DNA from: Christensenella sp. UBA1242
GTDB taxonomy: Bacteria; Bacillota; Clostridia; Christensenellales; UBA1242
DNA: 64,000 bases
NCBI GenBank assembly: GCA_002308915.1
Contig: DBWI01000014.1
Coordinates: 5,340 to 69,339, forward strand
Direction: 5' to 3'
Positions 29,995 to 38,451 of the stretch are shown here, piece by piece. Each line of letters starts with the position of its first letter. The stretch's first letter is position 1. Under the pieces are notes generated by a model. The model did not search any database. It was not told the DNA's origin and saw only the letters and a list, made by a program, of their open reading frames with translations. Both the position numbers and the translations under genes were made by a program.

Positions 29995-30071
29995 GGGGGT
30001 TTAGCTCAGCTGGCTAGAGCGCCTGCCTTGCAAGCAGGAGGTCATCGGTTCGATTCCGATAATCTCCACCA
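29995..30071 (+). tRNA. tRNA-Ala (anticodon TGC)
   Basis: GGGGGTT acceptor with a G3:U70 pair, anticodon arm CCTGC-CTTGCAA-GCAGG, T arm ATCGG-TTCGATT-CCGAT, CCA encoded. Confidence 0.9.
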
Positions 30072-30080
30072 TATAAAAAG

Positions 30081-30108
30081 TCCAAATCATAAAGATTTGG
30101 ATTTTTTT
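30081..30108 (+). terminator. rho-independent terminator after tRNA-Ala
   Basis: TCCAAATC ATAAA GATTTGGA followed by T7. Confidence 0.8.
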
Positions 30109-30299
30109 ATTTATAAAAAAAGACAAAGATATGTGATTTGGTTTTTTCAAATACCAAAGGGATTTGAAAAAGTTGTGCGAAAGCACAGATTTTTTATAAT
30201 CTCACACCAAAGGTAAAAATTAATATATCTGTACTAAATTTCAGGATTTATTTGACAGTATGTTTGCTGTACAATTAAAATATACATAGGAGAAAGTTT

Positions 30300-30436
30300 A
30301 TGATTGGTGCTATTGTTGCAATGGAAAAAAGAAGCTAAATATTTTATTGAAAAAAATGGAAAATGTTAAATCGTACACTGATTCAGGAAAGAAAGTTTAT
30401 CAAGATAAAATAAAACAGATTAATTTGGAGTGATTT
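30300..30436 (+). pseudogene. decayed 5' fragment of an MTA/SAH nucleosidase (mtnN/pfs-like) gene
   Basis: Promoter TTGACA 30252 / TAAAAT and RBS AGGAGA precede ATG 30300. MIGAIVAMEK stops after 12 codons. Shifting frame at two poly-A runs restores ...EAKYFIEK / MENVKSYTDSGKKVYQDKIKQINLE, resembling the IGIIGAMEEE...G N-terminus of Pfs. The rest of the gene is missing. Confidence 0.35.
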
Positions 30437-31033
30437 ATGCAGATTGTTAAAGATGTTGTTATGTATCAAGCAACTACTAGAGATTATAAAGTTGGAGATA
30501 TAATTAAGTTTGGTGATGATTATAATTATCAAGCAAAGCGAGTTCTTGATGTTGATTATAAAATGGAAAACGCACCAAATAACATGCCAGAAATGTTATT
30601 AGAAGAAAAGATAAAACATCACAAAAAATTAAACAAAAATGAACTTAGAGAAGTTTGTGATATCCTTTGGAATTATGGTTTTTCTATGAGAGAAATTGGC
30701 TTGGAAATATGTAGACAAAGATATTATCCAAATGAACCATCAAGATTTAAGTGTATGTTTTTATGTAAAAAACCAGAAGAAGCAAAGTGCTATTTATCTA
30801 CTGCCAAAACAAAAGGAAACACTTCTCAACCAAAAGTGATTGGAGTTAAACTTAATGGAAAAATACTTATGACCAGTAATTCATTTAATATGAGGGGTGG
30901 CAAAAGTATAAATGAATTTATTGAACAAGCACATGCTTATTGGCAAGGAGTTGATGATAGTTTTGTGGACAAAGCAAGTATTGAATATTTGTTTGAAGGT
31001 ATTGCAGAAGTTGTGGAAATAATTAATGAATAA
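30437..31033 (+). CDS. hypothetical protein (198 aa)
   Basis: ATG 30437 behind GGAG. No confident family assignment. Confidence 0.6.
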   Translation: MQIVKDVVMYQATTRDYKVGDIIKFGDDYNYQAKRVLDVDYKMENAPNNMPEMLLEEKIKHHKKLNKNELREVCDILWNYGFSMREIGLEICRQRYYPNEPSRFKCMFLCKKPEEAKCYLSTAKTKGNTSQPKVIGVKLNGKILMTSNSFNMRGGKSINEFIEQAHAYWQGVDDSFVDKASIEYLFEGIAEVVEIINE

Positions 31034-31053
31034 TTTTCAATAACAAAAAACCA

Positions 31054-31082
31054 TTGACAATATTTTTGTTGTAGGTTAAAAT
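31054..31082 (+). promoter_or_regulatory. hisS promoter
   Basis: TTGACA 31054-31059, 17-nt spacer, TAAAAT 31077-31082. Confidence 0.6.
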
Positions 31083-31091
31083 AATGTCGTT

Positions 31092-31127
31092 ATGAAAAAG
31101 ATATTCAATTTACATCATCACGCTTAA
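31092..31127 (+). CDS. candidate leader peptide MKKIFNLHHHA (three consecutive His codons)
   Basis: ATG AAA AAG ATA TTC AAT TTA CAT CAT CAC GCT TAA. It starts ~3 nt after the predicted TSS (near-leaderless, no SD) and is followed by overlapping alternative hairpins and a terminator upstream of hisS. Confidence 0.35.
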   Translation: MKKIFNLHHHA

Positions 31128-31184
31128 TTTGTGTTGCAAAACTGCAGCACCATTTTGTCGTGGTGTGTTATTAAAAGAAATGAC

Positions 31185-31210
31185 GCACCGAAAATAGTCG
31201 GTGCTTTTTT
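31185..31210 (+). terminator. leader (attenuator) terminator upstream of hisS
   Basis: GCACCGA(31185-31191) AAATAG TCGGTGC(31198-31204) followed by T6, 68 nt before the hisS ATG. Confidence 0.75.
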
Positions 31211-31278
31211 ATTAAAGTACGATAAATGTGTTTTGAAAATAAAACACAAAATGATAAAGTAGTAATAAGGAGAAATTT

Positions 31279-32592
31279 ATGATTGAGCCAAGAACATTAC
31301 CAGGGTTTATGGAATTATTACCTGGTGACCAAATACTTTTTAATAAAATTAAAGATACAATAAGAAAAAATTATGAAAGATATGGTTTTTTGCCACTTGA
31401 TACTCCTGTTTTGGAAAGTAGTGAAGTTTTGCTTGCAAAAGCTGGTGGTGAAACAGAAAAACAAATATATCAATTTAAAAAAGGCGATTCAGATTTGTGT
31501 ATGCGCTTTGACTTAACTGTTCCGCTTGCTAAATATGTTGCAGAAAATTTCAATGAACTTTCCTTCCCTTTTGCAAGATATCAAATTGACAAGGTATATC
31601 GTGGAGAAAGACCACAAAAAGGAAGATTTAGAGAATTTTATCAATGCGATATTGATGTTATTGGTAGAGACAGTTTGAGTTTGTATTATGACGCAGAAAT
31701 TCCTAGTATTATGTACAATGTGTTCAAAGAACTTAATATTGGAGATTTTACAATTTTTGTAAGCAACAGAAAAATATTGTTGGGACTAATTGAAGAGCTT
31801 GAGTTGAAAGATATTGCCACAGATATTTTTAGGCTTATTGACAAGATTGAAAAAATTGGCGAGAATAATTTTGTTTTGGCACTTAAAGATGATTACAAAG
31901 TTGACGAACAAAAAATCCAAAAACTTTTGGAGTTTGTAAAAATTAAAGGTTCAGTTGATGAACAGATTGGATTATTAAAAAATATGCCAATACAAAACGC
32001 AAACTTTAGAGCTGGTATTGATGAATTGGAAGTTGTTACCAAATACATGAAAACATTTGGAGTTACAGAAGAAAATTTTGAAATTAACCTTTCTATTGCT
32101 CGTGGTCTTGATTATTACACTGGCACAGTTTATGAAACATTTATTAAAGGAAAAGAAAATATTGGTAGTATTTGCAGTGGTGGAAGATTTGATAACCTTG
32201 CAGGATTTTATACAAAAGAACATTTGCCAGGAGTTGGAATGTCTATTGGATTAACAAGATTATTCTATCAACTTAAAGAAAATAATATACTTGCCAATGA
32301 AAGTCAATCTGTTGCAAAGGTTGTAATACTGCCAATGAGTGATGAATGTATTGAAAAAAGTATTGAACTTAGCAACAAATTAAGAGAGAATGAAATTAAC
32401 ACAACAATATATTTGGAAAACACAAAATTTAAGACAAAACTTGCATTTGCAGTAAAATCTAATGCAAACTATGCAATCTTTATGGGCGAAGATGAAATTA
32501 AAAACAGTGTTTATACAATCAAAGATTTGATTAAGCAAGAACAACAAACAGTTACACTTGATGAACTTTTAACTATTTTGAAAGAAAAATAA
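31279..32592 (+). CDS. hisS: histidyl-tRNA synthetase
   Basis: Class II motifs: [29 protein letters not shown]-type motif 2 (here [27 protein letters not shown]), GGRFDNL motif 3 region and a C-terminal anticodon-binding domain. RBS AAGGAGA. Confidence 0.95.
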   Translation: [437 protein letters not shown]

Positions 32593-32658
32593 AAAATACT
32601 GGACATTTTGAACATATCGTGTTAGTATAATATCCGTATGCGCTAATGCGATATATAT

Positions 32659-32736
32659 GGTGGGTATAGCGCAGTTGGTTAACGTGCCAGATTGTGACTC
32701 TGGAGACCATGGGTTCGAGTCCCATTACTCACCCCA
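32659..32736 (+). tRNA. tRNA-His (anticodon GTG) with encoded G-1
   Basis: G-1 then GTGGGTA acceptor pairing with TACTCAC, C73 discriminator, anticodon arm CCAGA-TTGTGAC-TCTGG, T arm ATGGG-TTCGAGT-CCCAT, CCA encoded. Confidence 0.9.
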
Positions 32737-32742
32737 TAAAAA

Positions 32743-32768
32743 AGAACACTCTTTTTTGAGAGTGTTCT
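32743..32768. terminator. bidirectional terminator (tRNA-His / tsaD)
   Basis: AGAACACTCT(32743-32752) / AGAGTGTTCT(32759-32768) with T-runs on both strands. Confidence 0.8.
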
Positions 32769-32769
32769 T

Positions 32770-33819
32770 TTATTTTAGTGGTACTGTTGATTTTGCTGTG
32801 AGATTGAGTTCTGCAAAAGGATTGTCATCTTCCATAAGTTGATAATATGCATATGAACCAATCATTGCTGCATTGTCGGTGCAAAGTTTTAGACTTGGTG
32901 AATATAATTCAATGCCATTATTTTTGCATTCTTGTTCTAATACTTCTTTGAGTTTACTATTTGCTCCAACACCACCTGCAACAACAAGTTTGTTTTGTTT
33001 TAATTCTTTTAGTGCGTGTAAAGTTTTTTGAGATAGTTCATCAACAACTGCTTTTTGGAAACTTGCAGCAATATCTGCTTTGTTAAGTTCTTCACCTTTT
33101 TGTTCTTTGTTGTGAACATAGTTTATTACTGCTGTTTTTATTCCACTAAAACTAAAATTATATGTTCCACCCATAATATTTTTGTGAGTGAAAGAGATAT
33201 TGTCTTGACCTTCTTTTGCAAGTTTGTCTATTTTTGGGCCACCTGGGTAACCAAGGCCAATTACTCTTGCAACTTTATCAAATGCTTCGCCAACTGCGTC
33301 GTCTACCGTTGTCCCAAGTAATTCCATTTGAGTGTAATTTGGTATATTGAGTAGTGCTGTGTGTCCACCACTAACCAAAAGACAAACAAATGGCGGTTTC
33401 AGGTCGCCGTGTGTTAAATAGTTTGCTGCAATATGTCCACGAATATGGCTAACAGGTATTAGTGGTTTGTTTTGCATATATGCAAGACCTTTTGCAAAAC
33501 TAACTCCCACCAAAAGTGCACCCAAAAGTCCGGCTCCATATGTTACTGCAATTGCATCAATATCTTCCATGGTTAAGTTGGCTTCTTTTAGTGCTTCGTT
33601 GCAAACATTTGAAATTGCTGTTATGTGGTTTCGTGATGCAACTTCGGGAACAACCCCACCAAAACGAGTGTGGATTTCTATTTGTGTTGCAATAATATTA
33701 CTCAAAATTGTTCTACCATTTTCGACAATTGCAACGCTTGTTTCGTCACAGCTTGATTCTATTGCAAGAATACGAATGTTTTCTTTTTTTCTTAATTTTT
33801 CTAATAATTCTTTTTCCAT
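32770..33819 (-). CDS. tsaD: tRNA N6-adenosine threonylcarbamoyltransferase
   Basis: [17 protein letters not shown]-terminus, HIRGHI metal site, [14 protein letters not shown]-fold length of 349 aa. Confidence 0.9.
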   Translation of the reverse strand: MEKELLEKLRKKENIRILAIESSCDETSVAIVENGRTILSNIIATQIEIHTRFGGVVPEVASRNHITAISNVCNEALKEANLTMEDIDAIAVTYGAGLLGALLVGVSFAKGLAYMQNKPLIPVSHIRGHIAANYLTHGDLKPPFVCLLVSGGHTALLNIPNYTQMELLGTTVDDAVGEAFDKVARVIGLGYPGGPKIDKLAKEGQDNISFTHKNIMGGTYNFSFSGIKTAVINYVHNKEQKGEELNKADIAASFQKAVVDELSQKTLHALKELKQNKLVVAGGVGANSKLKEVLEQECKNNGIELYSPSLKLCTDNAAMIGSYAYYQLMEDDNPFAELNLTAKSTVPLK

Positions 33820-33829
33820 TTTTTCACCA

Positions 33830-34931
33830 TTAGTTACTTTTTACAAGATAGTCGTTTATAAAAGGTTGAATATTGCCATTCATAACTCCATCAACATCAG
33901 AAGTTTCATAGCCTGTTCTGTGGTCTTTGACCATTGTGTATGGACAAAATACATAACTGCGTATTTGACTGCCCCACTCAATCTTTTTGATTTCACCTTT
34001 TATGTCGTTCATTTTTTTGAGTTCGTCTTCTTCTTGTTTTTCAACAAGTTTACTGTATAACATTTTCATTGCTGTTTCACGGTTTTGGATTTGGCTTCGT
34101 TCTGTTTGGCAGCTTACAATAAATCCTGTTGGAATATGCGTTATTCTTATGGCACTTTCTGTTTTGTTTACATGCTGTCCACCTGCTCCACTTGAACGAT
34201 ATGTGTCAATCTTTAAGTCTTCTGGACGAATTTCTATATCTGGCAAACTTTCAATTTCTGGCATAACTTCAACACTTGCAAAACTTGTGTGTCGTCTGGC
34301 ATTTGAATCAAATGGAGAAATTCTAACCAATCTGTGAACACCTTTTTCGCATTTAAGGTATCCATAGGCATCATCGCCACTAACCAAGAATGAAATACTT
34401 TTTATACCTGCTTCATCACCAGGAAGTTCATCTAGAACTTTTACCTTGTAATTTCTTTTTTCACAGTACATTTGATACATTCTAAAAAGCATTTCTGTCC
34501 AATCTTGTGCTTCTGTTCCACCTGCACCAGAGTGTAAAGTGAGAATTGCATTGTTTGAATCATATTTGCCTTTGAGTAGTGTTTCTATTCTAAAGTCTTC
34601 TAATTCTTCTTCTAGTTCTTGAAGTTTTTGCTCTATTGTTTGCTCAATTTCTTCATCATGACCAAGTTCCAAAAGTTCCAATGCAACATTGATATCATCA
34701 ATTAAGTTTTCACATTTTTTGACACGGTCTAGTTTGTATTCAATATTTTTTATTTTTTGGCCAACAACTTTTGTTTTTTCAATGTCATTAAAAAAGTCTG
34801 GCTTTTGTTGTTCATTTTTTAATTCTTGCAAGTTTGACTGTAGTTTTGGTAAGTCAAAGACACTCCTTTATAATTTTAAGAGTGTTTATGTGTTTTTCTA
34901 AATTTTCCTTTACGCTTTCAATAATTATCAT
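33830..34931 (-). CDS. prfB: peptide chain release factor 2, requires programmed +1 frameshift
   Basis: Frame 0 is ATG 34931 [25 protein letters not shown] then TGA. The +1 frame continues [20 protein letters not shown]... into the 333-aa track ORF. SPF tripeptide and [11 protein letters not shown] motif are present. Confidence 0.9.
34853..34868 (-). promoter_or_regulatory. RF2 autoregulatory frameshift site
   Basis: On the minus strand: AAGGAGTG TCTTTGAC, an internal SD-like AGGAG 3 nt before the slippery CTT TGA C. Confidence 0.9.
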
Positions 34932-35037
34932 GTATTTGCTCCAAATTCAGTGTAAGTATAGCACCTATATAAAATTAAAGTCAAAGTAAATGCAAAATGC
35001 TGTTGCAAAATTTTTTAGATTAGTTTAATATATTTGT

Positions 35038-35712
35038 GTGAAAAAATTATTTTTATGTATTTTTGTTATGATGCTTGCGCTTTTGCCTTCTGCTTATGGT
35101 GGGCAAGTTATTTTTGCATCCAATATACCAAGTCAAGTGAGAACATTGACACGGACACCGCTTTATGTGGATTGTGATGTGATGAGTGAATTTGTGAAAG
35201 ATAATCAAAACCAAGATGTGTACCTTAAAGAAGGAACGCAATTGAGAGTAGATACAACTTTTGCTGATACAATGTTTTATAAGGTGTACACATTTAATGT
35301 TTATGTTGGTGCTGGAGAAACTGATTTTGCATATGTACTTATTTCTCAAACACTTGATGCAACAATAACTTCACCAACACAAAGATTGGATACAAATGCA
35401 ACTATAAAAAATGACAATGTACCAGTTTATAGATATTATGAAAATGATAATTCATATAGTCAAACAGAAATCAACTTAAAGAAAGATACAAAAGTTAGAG
35501 TTCTTGATGGATATGATTCATCAAAAAAATATACATACATCTCTTATCAAAATGAAAATGGCACAATAAATTATGGATATGTTTTAACTTCTGACCTTGC
35601 TGTTGAAGGAATAAATTATTCAATAATTGTTGCGATTTCAATTCTTATTGTGTGTATATCATTGTTGTTAATAATATTTGGGTTAAAAGGCAAAAAGAAG
35701 AAGAAAAAGTAA
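35038..35712 (+). CDS. secreted, C-terminally membrane-anchored protein with two SH3b-like segments
   Basis: GTG start. Signal peptide MKKLFLCIFVMMLALLPSAYG. Two repeats of the V(R/P)xY....LKxxTxxRV type. C-terminal TM helix plus KGKKKKKK. Confidence 0.55.
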   Translation: MKKLFLCIFVMMLALLPSAYGGQVIFASNIPSQVRTLTRTPLYVDCDVMSEFVKDNQNQDVYLKEGTQLRVDTTFADTMFYKVYTFNVYVGAGETDFAYVLISQTLDATITSPTQRLDTNATIKNDNVPVYRYYENDNSYSQTEINLKKDTKVRVLDGYDSSKKYTYISYQNENGTINYGYVLTSDLAVEGINYSIIVAISILIVCISLLLIIFGLKGKKKKKK

Positions 35713-35750
35713 AAAAAACAAGCAAAAATTCAACTTTGCTTGTTTTTTTA
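35712..35750. terminator. bidirectional terminator
   Basis: ACAAGCAAA(35718-35726) AATTCAAC TTTGCTTGT(35735-35743) with an A-run before and T6 after. Confidence 0.75.
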
Positions 35751-35752
35751 TG

Positions 35753-36433
35753 CTAATTTTTGAGTTTTTTCAATATTTCGTCAAGAACAACGTTGTGAAT
35801 GTGTTCTATTGAATATGGTTTATTTTCTTTTGCACAATCGATTTTTATGTACTTATGTAAATCACATAATGACAAATAAACTTTTTCGCTGTTGAGTAAA
35901 TATTTTTCATCCATTTCATGTTGGTCTGGTTTTTCGGCTCTGTGTGATTTTAATATTTTTGCTGCTTCAAGTGGCATGTATAAAAATATTGTTATATCAG
36001 CTCTTGGCAGCTCCAATAATTCATATTCTAATTTTTCCAAGAAATCAAACATTTCTTGTCTTTTTTTGTCATCGTAAATTTTTGAGCCCTGGTGAGCAAA
36101 GTTTGAATCAATATATCTGTCAACAACAACATTAATTCCGTTGTTAAGTTTGTCTAATATTTTTCCAATATTATATTTCCTGTCTGCTGCAAAAAACAAA
36201 CTTGCAACCCTTGGGTCAACATTTGAAGCTCCTTCTTCAAAATACCCTTCACAATAATCTGGCTTGCCAAGGTATGGTCCTGCAATCATTTTTCCTGTTG
36301 CGCTGGCATAGTATGGGAAACAAAACTTTTCTGTTTTGTAGCCAAGTTCATTTAGTTTTGCAACTAACAAATTGCTTTGTGTTTCTTTTCCAGAACAATC
36401 TGTTCCTTCAATAACAATAAGTTTACCTTTCAT
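35753..36433 (-). CDS. tmk: thymidylate (dTMP) kinase
   Basis: Start at ATG 36433 (MKGKLIVIEGTDCSGKETQ, a P-loop) behind AGGAG at 36443-36439. DRY motif VVDRYIDSNFAHQ. Confidence 0.85.
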   Translation of the reverse strand: MKGKLIVIEGTDCSGKETQSNLLVAKLNELGYKTEKFCFPYYASATGKMIAGPYLGKPDYCEGYFEEGASNVDPRVASLFFAADRKYNIGKILDKLNNGINVVVDRYIDSNFAHQGSKIYDDKKRQEMFDFLEKLEYELLELPRADITIFLYMPLEAAKILKSHRAEKPDQHEMDEKYLLNSEKVYLSLCDLHKYIKIDCAKENKPYSIEHIHNVVLDEILKKLKN

Positions 36434-36484
36434 AATAACTCCTAACATTATTATTATAGCATATCGCAATTATTTAATCAAATT

Positions 36485-36814
36485 TTAACTGTTAGATACT
36501 GCAAAATACATTAAGTCGTTTACTTTGCTGTTATTTAGATGGTAAACAATAATTTTTCCACTTCTAATACAAGATATAATCCCCTGGTCTTTAAGCGACC
36601 TTAGCTGATGTGAAATGGTTGTTTGATTTATACAAAGCAATTTTGATAAGTCGTTTACACATAAATCACACATTGCAAGGCATGAAATAATTTTTAGGCG
36701 TGTACAATCACTGAAATTTTGAAAATATAGTGCAAGTTTATTTAATTCTTTATCCGGTGGCAAATATTCAAGAATTTTATTTCTATTTTTAACTGAAAGC
36801 AATAAATAATCCAT
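36485..36814 (-). CDS. ArsR/SmtB-family metal(loid)-responsive transcriptional repressor
   Basis: Winged HTH with CTRLKIISCLAMCDLCVNDLSKLLCINQTTISHQLRSLKDQGII. The CDLC resembles the CxC metal site in helix alpha3. Confidence 0.8.
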   Translation of the reverse strand: MDYLLLSVKNRNKILEYLPPDKELNKLALYFQNFSDCTRLKIISCLAMCDLCVNDLSKLLCINQTTISHQLRSLKDQGIISCIRSGKIIVYHLNNSKVNDLMYFAVSNS

Positions 36815-36952
36815 ACAAAACTCCTTTGTAACATATTTTGTTTGTTTGGCATATAAGATAACGATTGTTTTATATATATTTTAACAATTATAATTGATTA
36901 TTTTTTGTCTAATAGTATATAAAAACAAAATATATTGTCAAAAGGAGGTATT

Positions 36953-37132
36953 ATGAATTTTTCACAAGACATTTTAATGGTATTGCTGATATCGATATTA
37001 GCGACATCAACAAACACAGATCTTGCAAATAACACGAACATGCTATTAATATTGCTTCTTGCTTTGTCGGGGAATAATGGCTTTAATTGTGGTTGTTGCC
37101 AAAATAACTATGCATCAAATAGGGTGTTTTAA
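36953..37132 (+). CDS. small hydrophobic Cys-rich peptide (59 aa), divergent from arsR-like gene
   Basis: Perfect RBS AGGAGG at 36943-36948, 4 nt before ATG 36953. MNFSQDILMVLLISILATSTNTDLANNTNMLLILLLALSGNNGFNCGCCQNNYASNRVF. Confidence 0.5.
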   Translation: MNFSQDILMVLLISILATSTNTDLANNTNMLLILLLALSGNNGFNCGCCQNNYASNRVF

Positions 37133-37313
37133 TATAGAAAAATTGATAATAATCTCCAAAAGAAAAGTAAAAAATAAGTTATACAAATATAACTATAAAA
37201 CTAAAATTAAAACTTGTGCAGTATGCATAATTGATAAAATAACTATTTTTGAACAAAAATTCACATAAAGTAAATAATTATTATTGTTGTGTGTTTTTGT
37301 TGGATTTTATGAC

Positions 37314-37937
37314 TTAATTATTGAAATTATTGTTTATGGTTTGTATTACATATTCTGTTGTTTGAGAAAAAACTTGTATTAATGAAGAGCTTTCTATTTG
37401 ATTGTTTAATACTTGATTTTTTATTATTGATTCGTTGGCAAATAAGGTAAGATAACATAATACACAAGAAATAAATATTCCTTTTGCGAAACCAATTAAT
37501 ATACCGGATATCTTGTCTAATATATTAGTTGGATGTGATTGCTCTGAGAATTTTATCATTTTATCTAATAAGAATTTAATTATTATTCGGATGAGCGTGT
37601 TTGTGAGAATAAAAATTATAGAATCTACAAGCAATTTTGATAAACTGATTTTTTGAGAATTGCTGTTTGTATGAAGAAAAAGCTTTATAAAATTGCTCAA
37701 TTTTGCATTTTTGTTTACAAAATCGACAATGCGCTCACTATTAAATATGTTAAAATTAAAATTTTCGTAATTTATTACATTATTTAATTGCGAAGATATT
37801 ACTGGGAGAAGTTTATAAGTTAGATATAACGATAATATTAGGGTAAAGAATGATGCAAGTGATTTTAATATTCCCCTTTTTAACCCCCAAACAGAATAAA
37901 TACACAAAACAATAATTATAATTAAATCTATAAGCAT
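37314..37937 (-). CDS. CvpA-like integral membrane protein
   Basis: Start preferred at M14 (MLIDLIIIIVLCIYSVWGLKRGILKSLASFFTLILSLYL), which resembles the CvpA N-terminal pattern. Four to five TM helices. Confidence 0.5.
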   Translation of the reverse strand: MLIDLIIIIVLCIYSVWGLKRGILKSLASFFTLILSLYLTYKLLPVISSQLNNVINYENFNFNIFNSERIVDFVNKNAKLSNFIKLFLHTNSNSQKISLSKLLVDSIIFILTNTLIRIIIKFLLDKMIKFSEQSHPTNILDKISGILIGFAKGIFISCVLCYLTLFANESIIKNQVLNNQIESSSLIQVFSQTTEYVIQTINNNFNN

Positions 37938-38115
37938 AAAATAATTATTGCAAAAACAAATATTTTTATAACGCAAAGCCTATTTTTTTGATTTTTAGCT
38001 TAAAATTGGGATTTAAAAAATCTTAATTCTAAGCGATTTTTGAAATTTTTGACGATATTTTACTTATGTCAAATTTTTGCGATTAAATGCCTATTTGCAT
38101 ACTTACTGTATACAA

Positions 38116-38325
38116 TGTTTCACGTGAAACAATTTATTATGTAAAAAATATTATTGTTAAAAAATGTTTCACGTGAAACAATTTGAATTTAAATCTATTC
38201 CTATAGAATTTTGAAATTGAATTTTTACAAATTTATTTATTTCAAAATATTAAAAAAATAGCAATGTTTCACGTGAAACATTGCTTAAATGAAATTGTTA
38301 TAAAATATATGTTTCACGTGAAACA
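38116..38325. repeat. cluster of four identical parS centromere sites
   Basis: TGTTTCACGTGAAACA (16-bp perfect palindrome) at 38116-38131, 38165-38180, 38265-38280 and 38310-38325. The third copy extends to the 24-bp palindrome GCAATGTTTCACGTGAAACATTGC (38261-38284). It matches the Firmicute parS consensus tGTTnCACGTGAAACa. Confidence 0.85.
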
Positions 38326-38330
38326 TTTAG

Positions 38331-38451
38331 TTATCCACATAAGTTATCCACATTTTTGCCATAAATTGTGGATAACTTGCCCTAAAATAGGTGTTTTGAT
38401 ATATTTTATAGTTGAATTGTACTACATTTATATATAGTTGACTGTGGATAA
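38331..38451. promoter_or_regulatory. cluster of four perfect DnaA boxes
   Basis: TTATCCACA at 38331-38339 and 38344-38352 (plus strand). TGTGGATAA at 38367-38375 and 38443-38451 (minus strand). All lie in noncoding AT-rich DNA. Confidence 0.85.

Noticed and set aside
31089-31210. Classical T-box interpretation of the hisS leader
   Set aside because: The leader is only ~190 nt, with ~55 nt before the first alternative helix. There is no GGGTGGTACCGCG-like box. The UGGU present would pair with an A73 discriminator, whereas the adjacent tRNA-His has C73. It is kept as an alternative to be tested with RF00230.
37059-37268. 69-aa ORF downstream of the small Cys peptide gene
   Set aside because: It overlaps the peptide gene out of frame, has no RBS, and is a Lys/Ile-rich low-complexity translation.
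38116-38325. Repeated 16-bp palindromes that could be mistaken for a CRISPR array
   Set aside because: There are only four copies. The repeats are short perfect palindromes with irregular spacing (49, 100 and 45 bp), there are no cas genes, and the sequence equals the parS consensus.
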